64,000 bases of DNA, taken from NCBI GenBank assembly GCA_963809045.1, contig CAWEHW010000004.1:331816-395815 (forward strand), written 5' to 3'. Below, in pieces: positions 10,725-21,307 of this stretch. Numbering within the stretch: position 1 is the first letter of the stretch; each line of letters begins with the position of its first letter. Under the pieces are notes generated by a model that was not told the origin of the DNA, did no database searches, and was given only the letters and a program-made list of their open reading frames with translations. The stretch is from an uncultured Chloroflexia bacterium (GTDB lineage: Bacteria > Chloroflexota > Limnocylindria > Limnocylindrales > CSP1-4). The translations under genes and the position numbers were made by a program.

Positions 10725-12134
10725 TCAATCCACGGCGGTGCCGTAGAACGCACCGAACAGCTCCTGTTCGCTTGGCCGATCCTCGGCGATTGGACGGCTG
10801 ACCCAGGTCACGTTCATGTAGTGCTTCAAGTGGATGTTCTCCGACGTGATGTTGCCGCCCCACGTCCCGCAGCCAAGGCTCGAAGTCATCGGCATCCCAT
10901 TGTCGAAGGCACCCGCATTCGCCTTCGACTGGGGCTGCCGGACCATGATCCGGCTAACCGGAGCGGTCCGGGCAAGCTCGTCGATGTGGTCGTCGTTGAA
11001 CGAATAGATGCCGCAGGAGTGGCCCTTCCCACCGACCTCATAGACGGCCCTGACCATGTCGAGCGCGTTTTCGAAGCCTTCGTACCGGAACATCGAGAGC
11101 ACAACCCCAAGCTTTTCGGAGCTGAAGACGTTGTGGCGCCCGATCTCGGTCTGTTCGACGATGAAGAACTTGCGGTCGGGCGCGACCTCGAAGCCGGCCC
11201 GCTCGGCGATCTTCTGTGCGGAGATCGCTATCGTGTCGGGCGTTCGGTGACCTTCGTCGTCCCAGAGGGCTGCGCGGAGGAGCTCGATCTCAGCCGCGCT
11301 GGCCAGGCGCCCGCCCTCCTCGATGAGGTTCGCTCGGAGGGCATCGTAGATTGACGTCTCGACAATCAAGTTGCCGTCCGCAGAACAGCCCGAGCCGAAA
11401 TCGGAGGTCTTGCTCATGCGCGTGTTCCGCGCAGCTTCCGCCACGTGAGCCGTCTCATCGATGACCATCGTCGAGTTTCCGGCCCCGACACCGAACGCGG
11501 GCGTGCCGGAGCTGTAGGCGGCTCTGACCATGTCGCGGCCGCCGGTTGCCTGGACGAGGTCCGCTTTGGACATCAGGTACTGCGCTGCCGGGATGCTCGG
11601 TCGAGCCATGCACTGCAGGAGGTCCACGGGCGCGCCTTCGCGCGCGAGCGCGCGCCGCATGATCTCGACCGTCTCCATGGTCGTTCGCCTGCTACGCGGG
11701 TGCGGTGAGAAGACAACGGCGTCGCGACACTTGAGCGCGAACATCCCCACCCCGGGTGGCGTGAGCTCAGGGTTGGTGGTCGGCACGAGCGAGGCGATGA
11801 CCCCGACTGGCTTTGCGTACTTGACGATACCCCTGTCGGGTAGCTCTTCGATGACCCCGACGCTCTTTTGTCGCAGCACGTCGCGAAGAATGCCCATGAC
11901 CTTGAAACGCTTGCCGACGCGGCTCTCGGGATCACCGATCCCGCTCTCCTCCACGCCCATGTGGGCCAGCCGGGTGAACGTCGTCTCGTTGGCCACGGCC
12001 CACGCGACGGCCTGGCAGAGGCGGTCAACCTCCTCCTGCGTCGCATCCTCGAACGCGCGCAGGGCCGCTCGGCCACGAGCGATCAGCTCGTCGACGTGTC
12101 CGGTCTCCTCCGGGGTGATTGGTCGACTCGCCAT
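10725..12134 (-). CDS. CoA-acylating aldehyde dehydrogenase (SauS/AdhE-ALDH-like)
   Basis: PTTNP, ATGG..MV.AAYSSG, GVGAGN, SKTSDFGSGCS, EKL and LGCGTWGGNITSEN motifs; RBS GGAGAG. Confidence 0.88.
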   Translation of the reverse strand: MASRPITPEETGHVDELIARGRAALRAFEDATQEEVDRLCQAVAWAVANETTFTRLAHMGVEESGIGDPESRVGKRFKVMGILRDVLRQKSVGVIEELPDRGIVKYAKPVGVIASLVPTTNPELTPPGVGMFALKCRDAVVFSPHPRSRRTTMETVEIMRRALAREGAPVDLLQCMARPSIPAAQYLMSKADLVQATGGRDMVRAAYSSGTPAFGVGAGNSTMVIDETAHVAEAARNTRMSKTSDFGSGCSADGNLIVETSIYDALRANLIEEGGRLASAAEIELLRAALWDDEGHRTPDTIAISAQKIAERAGFEVAPDRKFFIVEQTEIGRHNVFSSEKLGVVLSMFRYEGFENALDMVRAVYEVGGKGHSCGIYSFNDDHIDELARTAPVSRIMVRQPQSKANAGAFDNGMPMTSSLGCGTWGGNITSENIHLKHYMNVTWVSRPIAEDRPSEQELFGAFYGTAVD

Positions 12135-12239
12135 CGATCTCTCCAGCGCTCCGTCGCGCCCCGTGGGGACGACCGAAACGAGCGGCAATTGTTCCACTAT
12201 TTCGTATGCAAGAGCCACAATCCGGGAACGCGACCTTGA

Positions 12240-12351
12240 GCGTAGGTCTGCATCCCGGTCAGTGTCAAGCCAGCGGGTCGAGCACTTGACACCATCGCTG
12301 AAGGCAGTCTACGTTTCTGCTACGCGGACGCCATAGTCCGGTATGCGGAAC
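12240..12351. promoter_or_regulatory. Back-to-back sigma70-type promoters plus IclR-type box
   Basis: Minus strand TTGACA(12268)-N18-TACGCT; plus strand TTGACA(12286)-N18-TACGTT; box AGTCCGGTATGCGGAAC at 12335-12351. Confidence 0.6.
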
Positions 12352-12404
12352 GAATCTGACGCCAGAACTTCGACGCTACGATTGCGACGCCTGGGAGTGA
12401 TGCC

Positions 12405-14111
12405 ATGAGGGCGACCGTAGCCGACCACATCGCGAAGTTCCTGGTCGACCGGGGCGTCGAGCGGGTCTTCGGCCTGTGTGGCCACACGAACATCTCGTTG
12501 CTCGCTGCGTTCGAACGCCTTGGGGCTCCCCAGTTCACGACGACCCGCCATGAGCAGGTCGCGGCCCATGCGGCGGACGGGTATGCCCGCGCCTCCGGCC
12601 GGCCTGGCGTGGTGCTCGTCCATGTGGGACCAGGCATGACCAATGCGGTGACGGGTGTCGCAACGGCGGCCTTCGACTCGATCCCAATGGTTGTGATTGC
12701 CGGTGACGTCCCGTCGTACTACGAGGGCCGTGGACCGCATCAGGAGTTCAATCACCGTCGTGACGCGGATCAGGTGTCGGTCTACGAGCCATTCGTCAAG
12801 CGTGCCTGGCGAGTCCGGCGCACCGATCAGGTGCCGCGGATTCTCGCCCGCGCCTGGGACACAGCGCTTGCCGGCCGGCCGGGCCCGGTCCTGGTCTCAG
12901 TCTCGATGGACATCCTTGCCGACGTCCTGGAAGCGGATGTCGTCCCAGCCTCACCCGTAGCCAGACCGACGCTCAGCCCATCGACCGCAAGCGCGATCGC
13001 GGACGAGCTCCGCGCCGCCAGGCGACCGTTCCTGCTCGCCGGGGGCGGCACGCGACAGGCCGCGCCTCAGGTTCGACAGTTGGCAGAGCTGACCGGCGCG
13101 CCCGTGGCGCACACGCTGATGGGCACCGGAGTACTCCCGCCCGACCACCCACAACTCCTCGGAATGGTTGGATTCTGGGGATCGCCGAGCGCCAACCGGC
13201 TCGCCGCGGAGGCGGACGTCATCGTCGCGCTTGGGACGCGGTTCCCGGAGACCGACAGCAGCAGCTGGGAGCCCGGCGTCACGTTCCGTATACCGCCGAC
13301 CCGGCTCATCCACATCGACCTGGACCCGTACGAACCGGGCCGAAACTACCCTGCTGCCATTGCGGCGACGGCAGACGCCGGACTGGCCCTCGAGGCGATC
13401 GCCCTGGCCTATGGCGACTCAACCAATGATCGCGGCTACGACTGGGCGCGCCTCCGAGAAGAGCGTGAGGCGTTCCTTGCCCCAAGCCGTGCCAACGCGT
13501 CCTCGGATGCGTTTCCGCTGCTCCCGGAGCGCATCCTGGCAGACGTCCGGCGTGCCATGCCCAACGCGATTCTCGTGACCGATGTCGGCTGGAACAAGAA
13601 TGGCGTGGCCCAGCAGTATCCGGTCGATACGCCTGACTCGTTCCTGACGCCGGGAGGTTTCTCGACCATGGGGTTTGGCCCGTCGGCGGTGCTCGGTGTC
13701 GTGGCAGCCGGTACCGGCCGCCCGGCCATCGCCCTTGTCGGGGACGGCGCGTTCGGCTCCAACCCCAGTGTTGTCGCCACCGCCGTCGAGATGGGCATCG
13801 CGGCGGTATGGGTCGTGATGAACAACGCCGCGTTCGGAACCATCGCGGGCCTTGAACGCAAGCACTATGGATCCGCCTATGGCTGCGAGTTCGAAGCCGG
13901 CGGTCGACCGTACTCGCCCGATTTCGCGGCGATCGCGCGCGCCTGCGGCGCCGACGGCGTCTCCATCGAGACCCCCGATCAACTCGAGCCTGCGCTGCAA
14001 GCTGCCTGCAGGTCCGGCCGACCGACGGTCATCGACGTGCCGATGCGGAACACGCCCGTCATGACGCCCGGTGAATGGGACATCGAGCGCATCTACCAGG
14101 TCGCCCAATGA
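12405..14111 (+). CDS. ThDP-dependent enzyme (ALS/IolD/cyclohexanedione hydrolase superfamily)
   Basis: FGLCGHTN, RHEQVAAHAADGYAR, GPGMTN and the ThDP motif GDGAF...NN. Confidence 0.9.
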   Translation: MRATVADHIAKFLVDRGVERVFGLCGHTNISLLAAFERLGAPQFTTTRHEQVAAHAADGYARASGRPGVVLVHVGPGMTNAVTGVATAAFDSIPMVVIAGDVPSYYEGRGPHQEFNHRRDADQVSVYEPFVKRAWRVRRTDQVPRILARAWDTALAGRPGPVLVSVSMDILADVLEADVVPASPVARPTLSPSTASAIADELRAARRPFLLAGGGTRQAAPQVRQLAELTGAPVAHTLMGTGVLPPDHPQLLGMVGFWGSPSANRLAAEADVIVALGTRFPETDSSSWEPGVTFRIPPTRLIHIDLDPYEPGRNYPAAIAATADAGLALEAIALAYGDSTNDRGYDWARLREEREAFLAPSRANASSDAFPLLPERILADVRRAMPNAILVTDVGWNKNGVAQQYPVDTPDSFLTPGGFSTMGFGPSAVLGVVAAGTGRPAIALVGDGAFGSNPSVVATAVEMGIAAVWVVMNNAAFGTIAGLERKHYGSAYGCEFEAGGRPYSPDFAAIARACGADGVSIETPDQLEPALQAACRSGRPTVIDVPMRNTPVMTPGEWDIERIYQVAQ

Positions 14112-14927
14112 CCAGGGCTCACGAGGGTGTGGGTGCGGGGCAGGCAGCTCGGCCCGCGGCCTGGTCCACGCGGATCACCGCGACAACGGACGAGCAGGTA
14201 TTCGTCCGTGGTGTCGCGCTGGACGTTGCCATCGGTCGGGAGGCATTCCCCGCGATGGTCCTGCGTCTATGGCGTGGCGAGCCTGCGACCGATGTTGAGG
14301 CGGATCTGATGGGCGCGTGCATGGTGGCCGCCATCGATCACGGACCCTTGGCTCCATCCGCACTCGTCGTGCGCACGATAGCGTCTACCCGGGCCACCGC
14401 CGATGAGCGCTCTTGCCGGCGGCATCCTCTCCTTCGGCGAGCTACACGGCGCCGTCGTTACCCGGGCCATGCGGATCGTCGCCTCGGCACCGCTCGACGG
14501 CAACCTGGACAACTGGGCCGACATGGTCTTCGAGGCCGAACGCGCAGCTGGTCGACGTGTCCCGGGGATCGGCCATCGCTGGCACGAGCGCGACCTCCGT
14601 TCAGAGCGGCTTCTCGACGTTGCGACAGCTTTCGCCGGCGGCAGGCAGGCAGCCGCGATGCGGGCCCTGGCGGATCGCGTCGCTGGGCACGTGGAGCACC
14701 CTGTCGCCGTGAACGTCGACGGAGCCCTGGCGGTTGCCCTCACGGCCCTCCGGCTCGATCCCGAGTACGGCGACTTCCTGTTCGCGATCGCAAGGAGTTT
14801 CGGCCTGGCAGCCCACATCGTGGAGGAACGGGCGCGCGAGCGTCCGATGCGGATGATCGACCCCACCGCTGCGCTCTATGACGGCATCCCTGTTCCCGAC
14901 CCGACGCGTGAGGAGACGAACCGATGA
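14108..14927 (+). CDS. Citryl-CoA lyase / citrate synthase-like protein (frameshift near 14400)
   Basis: WSTRIT..VRG, IDHG...PS, HGA, VPGIGHRWH..D.R, NVDG, AR..GLAAH..EE. Confidence 0.85.
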
Positions 14928-15295
14928 AGGTCCAGGTGATCTCGCCATTCGATGAGGCCGAGCAGATCTGGATCGGTCTGGAGCAGCCGGGGATGCGCCG
15001 CAAGGTGTTCCGGTTCGTATCACCCGAGACCGGTTCCGAGGAATTCATGGCGGGCATCACCATCTTCGAGCCGGGCGAGTCCAGCTCTTATCACATTCAC
15101 CCGGAGTCGGAAGAGATCAATCTCGTGCTATCGGGCTCCGGCCTCGTAGTTTCCGAGGGCGAGGAAGTGCCGTTCGGACCAGGTCATGCCATGTGGGTCC
15201 CGAAGAACGTCCACCACCAGCACAAGAACACCGGCACGGAGCCACTCAAGCTGCTATGGATCTACACGCCTCAAGCCGAATTGCCCACGACCTGA
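14924..15295 (+). CDS. Cupin domain protein
   Basis: HIHPESEE...HQHKNTG; ATGA overlap with the upstream gene. Confidence 0.88.
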   Translation: MKVQVISPFDEAEQIWIGLEQPGMRRKVFRFVSPETGSEEFMAGITIFEPGESSSYHIHPESEEINLVLSGSGLVVSEGEEVPFGPGHAMWVPKNVHHQHKNTGTEPLKLLWIYTPQAELPTT

Positions 15296-15362
15296 CCTCG
15301 TTGCGTCGGTCCGTACGCCACGCGGGCTTCCGGCCCGTTCGGCCATGAGTGGCGCCACGTAG

Positions 15363-16655
15363 ATGGCCATGTCCGACCTTTCGGAACGCGAACCCACGCG
15401 CTCGGCGCCGACAACGTTGGCCCCTGGGCCGCTCGCCGACGTTCGAGTCCTCGAGCTGGGGACGCTGATTGCTGGACCCTTGGCCGGCCGCTGGCTCGCC
15501 GATTTTGGTGCGGAGGTCATCAAGATTGAGCACCCCAGCCAGGGGGACCCATTGCGCAAGTGGGGCATGACCTGGGACGGGACCGATTCGCTGTGGCACC
15601 TCGTGCAATCGCGGGGCAAGCAATCCGTCGCTGCCGACCTCCACGACCCCGGCGATCAAGCGCTCGTGCGCCAGCTGGCGGCGGAGAGCGACATCCTCAT
15701 CGAGAACTTCCGCCCCGGCCGATTGGAGGGATGGGGCCTAGGACCAGACGACCTGATGCGTGAAAATCCTGGTTTGATCGTGGTGAGGATCTCGGGCTAC
15801 GGTCAGACCGGCCCGCTCCGAGAGCAGCCGGGTTTCGGCACCATCGCGGAGGCGGCTGGTGGGCTCCGATACATCACCGGTGAACCCGATCGCCCGCCGA
15901 CCCGGGTCGGCCTCAGTCTTGGAGACTCGATTGCCTCGATGCACGCGCTGGTCGGCGCCCTGATCGCCCTACATGAGCGTCACACCTCGGGCCGTGGCCA
16001 GGTCGTTGACGTCGCGCTCACCGAAGCCCTGTTCACGATGCTGGAAGGGATCCTGCCCGAATACGGGTACCTGGGCGTCGTCCGCGAGCGGACCGGCAAC
16101 ATCGCCCACAGCTCTGCGCCGACGAACACCTACGAGTGCGCCGACGGGCAGCTCGTCTGCATCGCGGCCAACAGCACCAAACTCTTCATCGATCTCTTCC
16201 GTGCCATCGGCCGCGACGACGGTGCCGAAGATCCCGCGCTTCGTAGCAATGCCGGGAGGGTTCTGCACGCGGACGCGCTCGACAAGGCCATCGCCTCGTG
16301 GACTCGGACGCACACGGCTGACGACGTGGTGAAACTGCTTCGCGAGCGCCAGATCCCGGTCAGTCGCATCAACAGCATCGCCGACATCGTTGCCGACCCC
16401 CAGTTCCGGGCGCGTGACATGATCGTGTCCGTTGAGGACGAGCGCCTCGAGAAGCCGCTCCTTGTCCCGGGGATCGTCCCCAAGTTGTCGCGGACACCGG
16501 GCAGAGTGCCCCATCTCGCTCGGCCGCTCGGAGCCGACACCGATGCGGTCCGGCAACGACTCGAGCTGCGTCGACGAGCCGCTGAGGCCACCGGTCTGGG
16601 GGCCCGCGAGCACGGCGGTGCGTCCAGGACGACCATTCGCCGTCCCGTTGATTGA
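15363..16655 (+). CDS. Family III CoA-transferase (CaiB/BaiF)
   Basis: LADFGAEVIKIE, ENFRPG, ISGYGQTGP and GDSIA (catalytic Asp). Confidence 0.93.
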   Translation: MAMSDLSEREPTRSAPTTLAPGPLADVRVLELGTLIAGPLAGRWLADFGAEVIKIEHPSQGDPLRKWGMTWDGTDSLWHLVQSRGKQSVAADLHDPGDQALVRQLAAESDILIENFRPGRLEGWGLGPDDLMRENPGLIVVRISGYGQTGPLREQPGFGTIAEAAGGLRYITGEPDRPPTRVGLSLGDSIASMHALVGALIALHERHTSGRGQVVDVALTEALFTMLEGILPEYGYLGVVRERTGNIAHSSAPTNTYECADGQLVCIAANSTKLFIDLFRAIGRDDGAEDPALRSNAGRVLHADALDKAIASWTRTHTADDVVKLLRERQIPVSRINSIADIVADPQFRARDMIVSVEDERLEKPLLVPGIVPKLSRTPGRVPHLARPLGADTDAVRQRLELRRRAAEATGLGAREHGGASRTTIRRPVD

Positions 16656-16695
16656 CCCGCCTGCCAATCGCCCACGCGGGCACGGCTCCCAGGTG

Positions 16696-17682
16696 ATGCC
16701 GGTCCAGACGTTTCTGGGTCCACGGGATCCCGCCGAGCTTGGCATGACGCTCATCCACGAGCACGTGTTCGTCCGCACTCCCGAGCTCGACGTCAACTTC
16801 CCGCATCCGGAATGGGATGAGGCGGCGGCGGTTGAGCGAGCCGTGACGGGCTTCACTGCCCTTCATGCGCTTGGTGTGCGGACGGTGGTGGACCTGACCG
16901 TCCTGGGTCTTGGACGCGACGTCCGGCTGGTCGCCCGGGTTGCCGATCAGGTTCCGATCAACCTGGTCGCGTCGACCGGGTATTACACGGGGAGTGGCCT
17001 CGCTCTCGACCTGCAGTTCCGCGGTCCCGGCCGCCTGATTGACGGCCCCGACCCGCTGATCGAGTACTTCATTGGGGACATCGAGAACGGGATTGCGGGG
17101 ACCAACGTCCGAGCAGGCATGCTCAAGATCATGACCTCCCAGGACGGCATCTCCGAGGACGTCGCCCGGGTGATGGCCGCCGCTGCCGTCGCCCACCAGC
17201 AGACCGGCGTTTCGATCACCACTCACTCACATCCCGGCACGCGGAACGGTCTCGATCAGCAGGCGTTCCTTCGAGAGCGTGGCATTCCGCTCGAACGGGT
17301 GATCATCGGCCATTCGGGCGACACCGAAGACCTGGCTTACCTGCGCGAGTTGATGGACAACGGGTCCACGATCGGCATGGACAGGTTCGGCATGGAGCAC
17401 GTCATGCCGGACGACCGTCGCGTCCGCACCGTTCTCGCTCTGTTGGAACTCGGGTACGCCGACCGGATGGTGCTGTCACACGATGCCGCCTTCTTCAGTC
17501 GGGTAACGCCACCTTCGTGGCGGGCGCAATCCGCCCCGAACTGGCAGATGGAGAACATCTCGCGCCGCATCCTGCCCATGCTGCGTCGGTCGGGGGCTTC
17601 GGAGGAGGACCTTCACCAGATGCTCGTCAGCAACCCCATGAGACTCCTCACCCCCGTGCGGTCCACAGCGAGCGCGGCCTGA
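16696..17682 (+). CDS. Phosphotriesterase-like lactonase
   Basis: TLIHEH, GLGRD, LK, THS, IGHSGDT, GMDRFG and LSHD motifs. Confidence 0.92.
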   Translation: MPVQTFLGPRDPAELGMTLIHEHVFVRTPELDVNFPHPEWDEAAAVERAVTGFTALHALGVRTVVDLTVLGLGRDVRLVARVADQVPINLVASTGYYTGSGLALDLQFRGPGRLIDGPDPLIEYFIGDIENGIAGTNVRAGMLKIMTSQDGISEDVARVMAAAAVAHQQTGVSITTHSHPGTRNGLDQQAFLRERGIPLERVIIGHSGDTEDLAYLRELMDNGSTIGMDRFGMEHVMPDDRRVRTVLALLELGYADRMVLSHDAAFFSRVTPPSWRAQSAPNWQMENISRRILPMLRRSGASEEDLHQMLVSNPMRLLTPVRSTASAA

Positions 17683-17708
17683 ATGGCGCGAGATGGGAGG
17701 GCTCGGCC

Positions 17709-18688
17709 GTGAGGGCTGCCGTGCTGGTGCGTCCCGGGGCTATCGAGATCGACGACGTGCCGGAGCCCGAGGTGGGGCCAAACGACGTCAGGATCACAGT
17801 CGGCGGCGTAGGGCTGTGCGGATCCGACCTCAGCGTCTTCAGCGGCCGCTGGAGCGCGCCCAGCTACCCATGGATCATGGGCCACGAGGCCTTCGGCATC
17901 GTGGAGGATGTTGGTCGGCAGGTGCCAGCATCTCGCGTGGGGGAGACGGTGGTGATCGAACCCAACGCGGCATGTTTCCAGTGCCCGCAATGTGAGCGAG
18001 GCCGAACGTCTGCCTGCATCCAGCGCCAGTCCCTCGGGATGAACCGCCCGGGAGCCCTCGCCGAAAAGCTGGTCTTGCCGAGCGAATTCGCCTGGCGGAT
18101 TGAGGGCCAAGCGGGCAGGGACCTCGTGTGTGTGGAGCCGCTGGCCGTGGTCGAATCAGCACTCCGCCGCCTGGGGACACCGATCCCGCCATCCGCGCTG
18201 GTTGTCGCCGTTGGACCGCAGGGACTGTTGATGTGCCTCGCGATGTCCCGGCGCGGTGTTCGCGTGTTTGCCCTAGACGTGAACCACGACCGGCGTGGCG
18301 TTCGCGACAAGCCTCGGTGCCGAAGTGATTTCCGACGAGACGGACAGGACGTCGATTTGACCTGGTCGTCGATACCGTGGGCACGCCGGCCTCGATGGAG
18401 ACCGCGATGAACCAGACAGAGATCGGCGGGACTCTGCTCGTCCTTGGCTTTGACAGCCGACCATTCGAACTGTCGTCGCAGGCGCTTGTTCGACGCGGGA
18501 TTTCAATCCGTGGGTCGTTGACCTACGACCATCCGGGCGACTTCCGGACGGTTCTGGAGCTCCTTAAGGCAGGCCACATTTCGCCTGGCCAGGTCGTGAG
18601 CACGGAGTTTCCTCTCGACGATGCGCAGCAGGCGTTTGAGACGAGCGGATCCGCTCCCGGCAAGACCTGGATAAGCGTTTCCGGGTGA
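17709..18688 (+). CDS. Zinc-dependent alcohol/polyol dehydrogenase (frameshifts at about 18290-18380)
   Basis: GLCGSD, GHEAFG, C-x2-C-x2-C-x7-C and VEPLAV; C-terminus in ORF 18377..18688. Confidence 0.85.
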
Positions 18689-19150
18689 TCAGCCTTTACC
18701 AAATCCGGCAGCGGCTGCCGATGCCGACACCGCGGCCCGCAGCCCGAGGAGGTAGCTGTCGACGCCGAACCCGCTGATCTGACCGCGGACGACTCGGCTG
18801 TGAATACCGAGTTGTGGCGGAACGGTTCCGCGCGTGGACATTGGACATGTGCACTTCCACGATCGGGACGGCCAGGATCGCGAGCGCGTCGCGGATGCCG
18901 TAGCTGTAGTGCGTCCAGGCGCCCGCGTTGATTACGACCGCACCGGTGCCATCGGTATGTCCCAGGTGGATGCGCTGCACACATCGCACCTTCGTCGTTG
19001 GTCTGGAACGTCTCGATTTCGACTCCGAGTTGCGATGCGAGCGTGGTCAGCTGCGCGTCAATCTCGTGCCAGCGTGATCGTCCCGTACGTTTCCGGGTCT
19101 CGCCGCCCGAACATGTTGAGGTTGACGCCATGCAGGACCAGGACCTTCAT
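18689..19150 (-). CDS. aroQ: Type II 3-dehydroquinate dehydratase (several frameshifts)
   Basis: [59 protein letters not shown] and FGVDSY, spread over several frames. Confidence 0.88.
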
Positions 19151-19189
19151 CGGGGCATCCCTTGCGGCTCGAGCAGGCGATTGTGATGG

Positions 19190-19206
19190 GTGCTCATCAT
19201 CGGACA
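19190..19206 (-). promoter_or_regulatory. PobR/PcaR-like IclR box upstream of aroQ
   Basis: TGTCCGATGATGAGCAC on the minus strand, 40 bp upstream of the aroQ ATG. Confidence 0.45.
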
Positions 19207-19292
19207 TCGCCCCGCTGACGTGCTGGACCCGACCAGTGCCGATGGGCGACGATCAGATCCACCCGGGCGACGTCGCTCGGCGTGGGCTCCGA

Positions 19293-19712
19293 TCATGCCT
19301 CGCTGACGGACTGCGCGACCCGTCCGTGATCCAGATCCGTCCGCGCGGCCCGCAGAAGTGCGATGGCGCCCTCGATCCGCTCGATGACCGCCGTGTAGTC
19401 GGCGGCCGTCACAACCTGATCGCCGTACTCGTCAAGGCGCGCGCTGAGGAGGGCAACGTCGGCGGTGATGTGGTTGACGACGTTCATGACGTCGACCTCA
19501 TGGACGTAACGGCGACCAGCGTGCTCCACTCGTGCGTACCCAGCTTCGTCCAGCCAACGAGCGAAGTAGTTGAGGGCCGACTCCCCGGAGCGCGCCGCAA
19601 ACGGGTAGTCCTCCTCGCCGGGTTCCCAGTCGATGCCGGGGGCTCCATCGCGAAGAGCTCCATCGACGCCATCCTCGGCGGACGAATGAGAACCCGACGG
19701 GCGGTTGACCAT
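19293..19712 (-). CDS. Hypothetical acidic helical protein
   Basis: 139-aa ORF with normal composition; TG-c-TAGACT extended -10 just upstream of the ATG. Confidence 0.65.
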   Translation of the reverse strand: MVNRPSGSHSSAEDGVDGALRDGAPGIDWEPGEEDYPFAARSGESALNYFARWLDEAGYARVEHAGRRYVHEVDVMNVVNHITADVALLSARLDEYGDQVVTAADYTAVIERIEGAIALLRAARTDLDHGRVAQSVSEA

Positions 19713-19764
19713 GTTGCGAGGAGTCTAGCAATCGGGAGCGGTGGCGGATGCCGCGTGCGCTGGG

Positions 19765-20514
19765 TTAGGCCTGCCGGAGGCTGCCGGCGATCTGTGCCGC
19801 GGTCGCCACGACGCGTTCCGCGACGCCGGCTTCGGTCCCGCCAACCGGAAACCGATACGACGGGCCGTGCAGATGCACCGCCGCGACGACCTCGCCCGAT
19901 GCATCCGCGATCGGGGCGGCGACCGAGCTGATCCCTCGATCGAACTCCTCGCGCGCCCAAGCGAAGCCGTCTCGGCGCACCTCGCGCAGGCGTTCGCGCA
20001 AGGCGACCGGGTCGACGATGGTCAGGTCGGTGAACCGCTCGAGCGGGCGCTCCAGGTAGCGCTCCAACCCCGCGGCAGGACGGAACGCGAGCAGCACCTG
20101 GCCCGAAGAGACGGCGTGCATCGGGATCCGCGATCCGGTCCAGTCACGCACCGAGACCGGGTTGGGCGTGTCGACCTGCTCGACGTAGTGGACGAGGTCG
20201 CCGTCGGGCACGGACAGCCCGGCCGCCTCGCCGACGCCGGCCGACAACTCGGCAAGCGATGGGCGGGCGAGCCGCGCCAGGGAACGCGTCGGCAGGACAC
20301 CGGCGGCGAGCGTTGCCAACCGGCCGCCGAGCCGGTAACGCGTGTCGCCGGGGACCTGCTCGACGACGCCTTCGCGGGCGAGCGAGGCCAGCAGTCGCGC
20401 GGCCGTCGATTTCGGTAGGCTCGATCGCTCGGCGACCTCGGTCACCCCGATCGGGCCGTCGGCAAGGGTGCCGAGCACGGCGAAGGCTCGCTCGATGGAC
20501 TGGACTCTGGACAT
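19765..20514 (-). CDS. IclR family regulator of the corrinoid operon
   Basis: VQSIERAF, LPKSTAARLL, PMHAVSSGQVLLA, SVAAPI; divergent from the corrinoid genes. Confidence 0.93.
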   Translation of the reverse strand: MSRVQSIERAFAVLGTLADGPIGVTEVAERSSLPKSTAARLLASLAREGVVEQVPGDTRYRLGGRLATLAAGVLPTRSLARLARPSLAELSAGVGEAAGLSVPDGDLVHYVEQVDTPNPVSVRDWTGSRIPMHAVSSGQVLLAFRPAAGLERYLERPLERFTDLTIVDPVALRERLREVRRDGFAWAREEFDRGISSVAAPIADASGEVVAAVHLHGPSYRFPVGGTEAGVAERVVATAAQIAGSLRQA

Positions 20515-20548
20515 CAGGCCTTTGCTCGGATAGATTCTCGGTCCACGT

Positions 20549-20585
20549 GGTTCCATCATACGGCACGGTTCCGCATCGTGGAACC
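20549..20585. promoter_or_regulatory. Tandem IclR-type operators
   Basis: GGTTCCATCATACGGCAC followed by the palindrome GGTTCCGCATCGTGGAACC. Confidence 0.6.
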
Positions 20586-20605
20586 GCCCGCCAGGAGTCG
20601 CCAGC

Positions 20606-21296
<691 letters not shown>

Positions 21297-21307
<11 letters not shown>

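Noticed and set aside
10725-14111. Taurine/sulfoacetate pathway (SauS plus Xsc)
   Set aside because: The ALDH is SauS-like, but no sauT, pta, tauABC or sulfite exporter is present and the ThDP enzyme motif fits hydrolases better; not fully excluded
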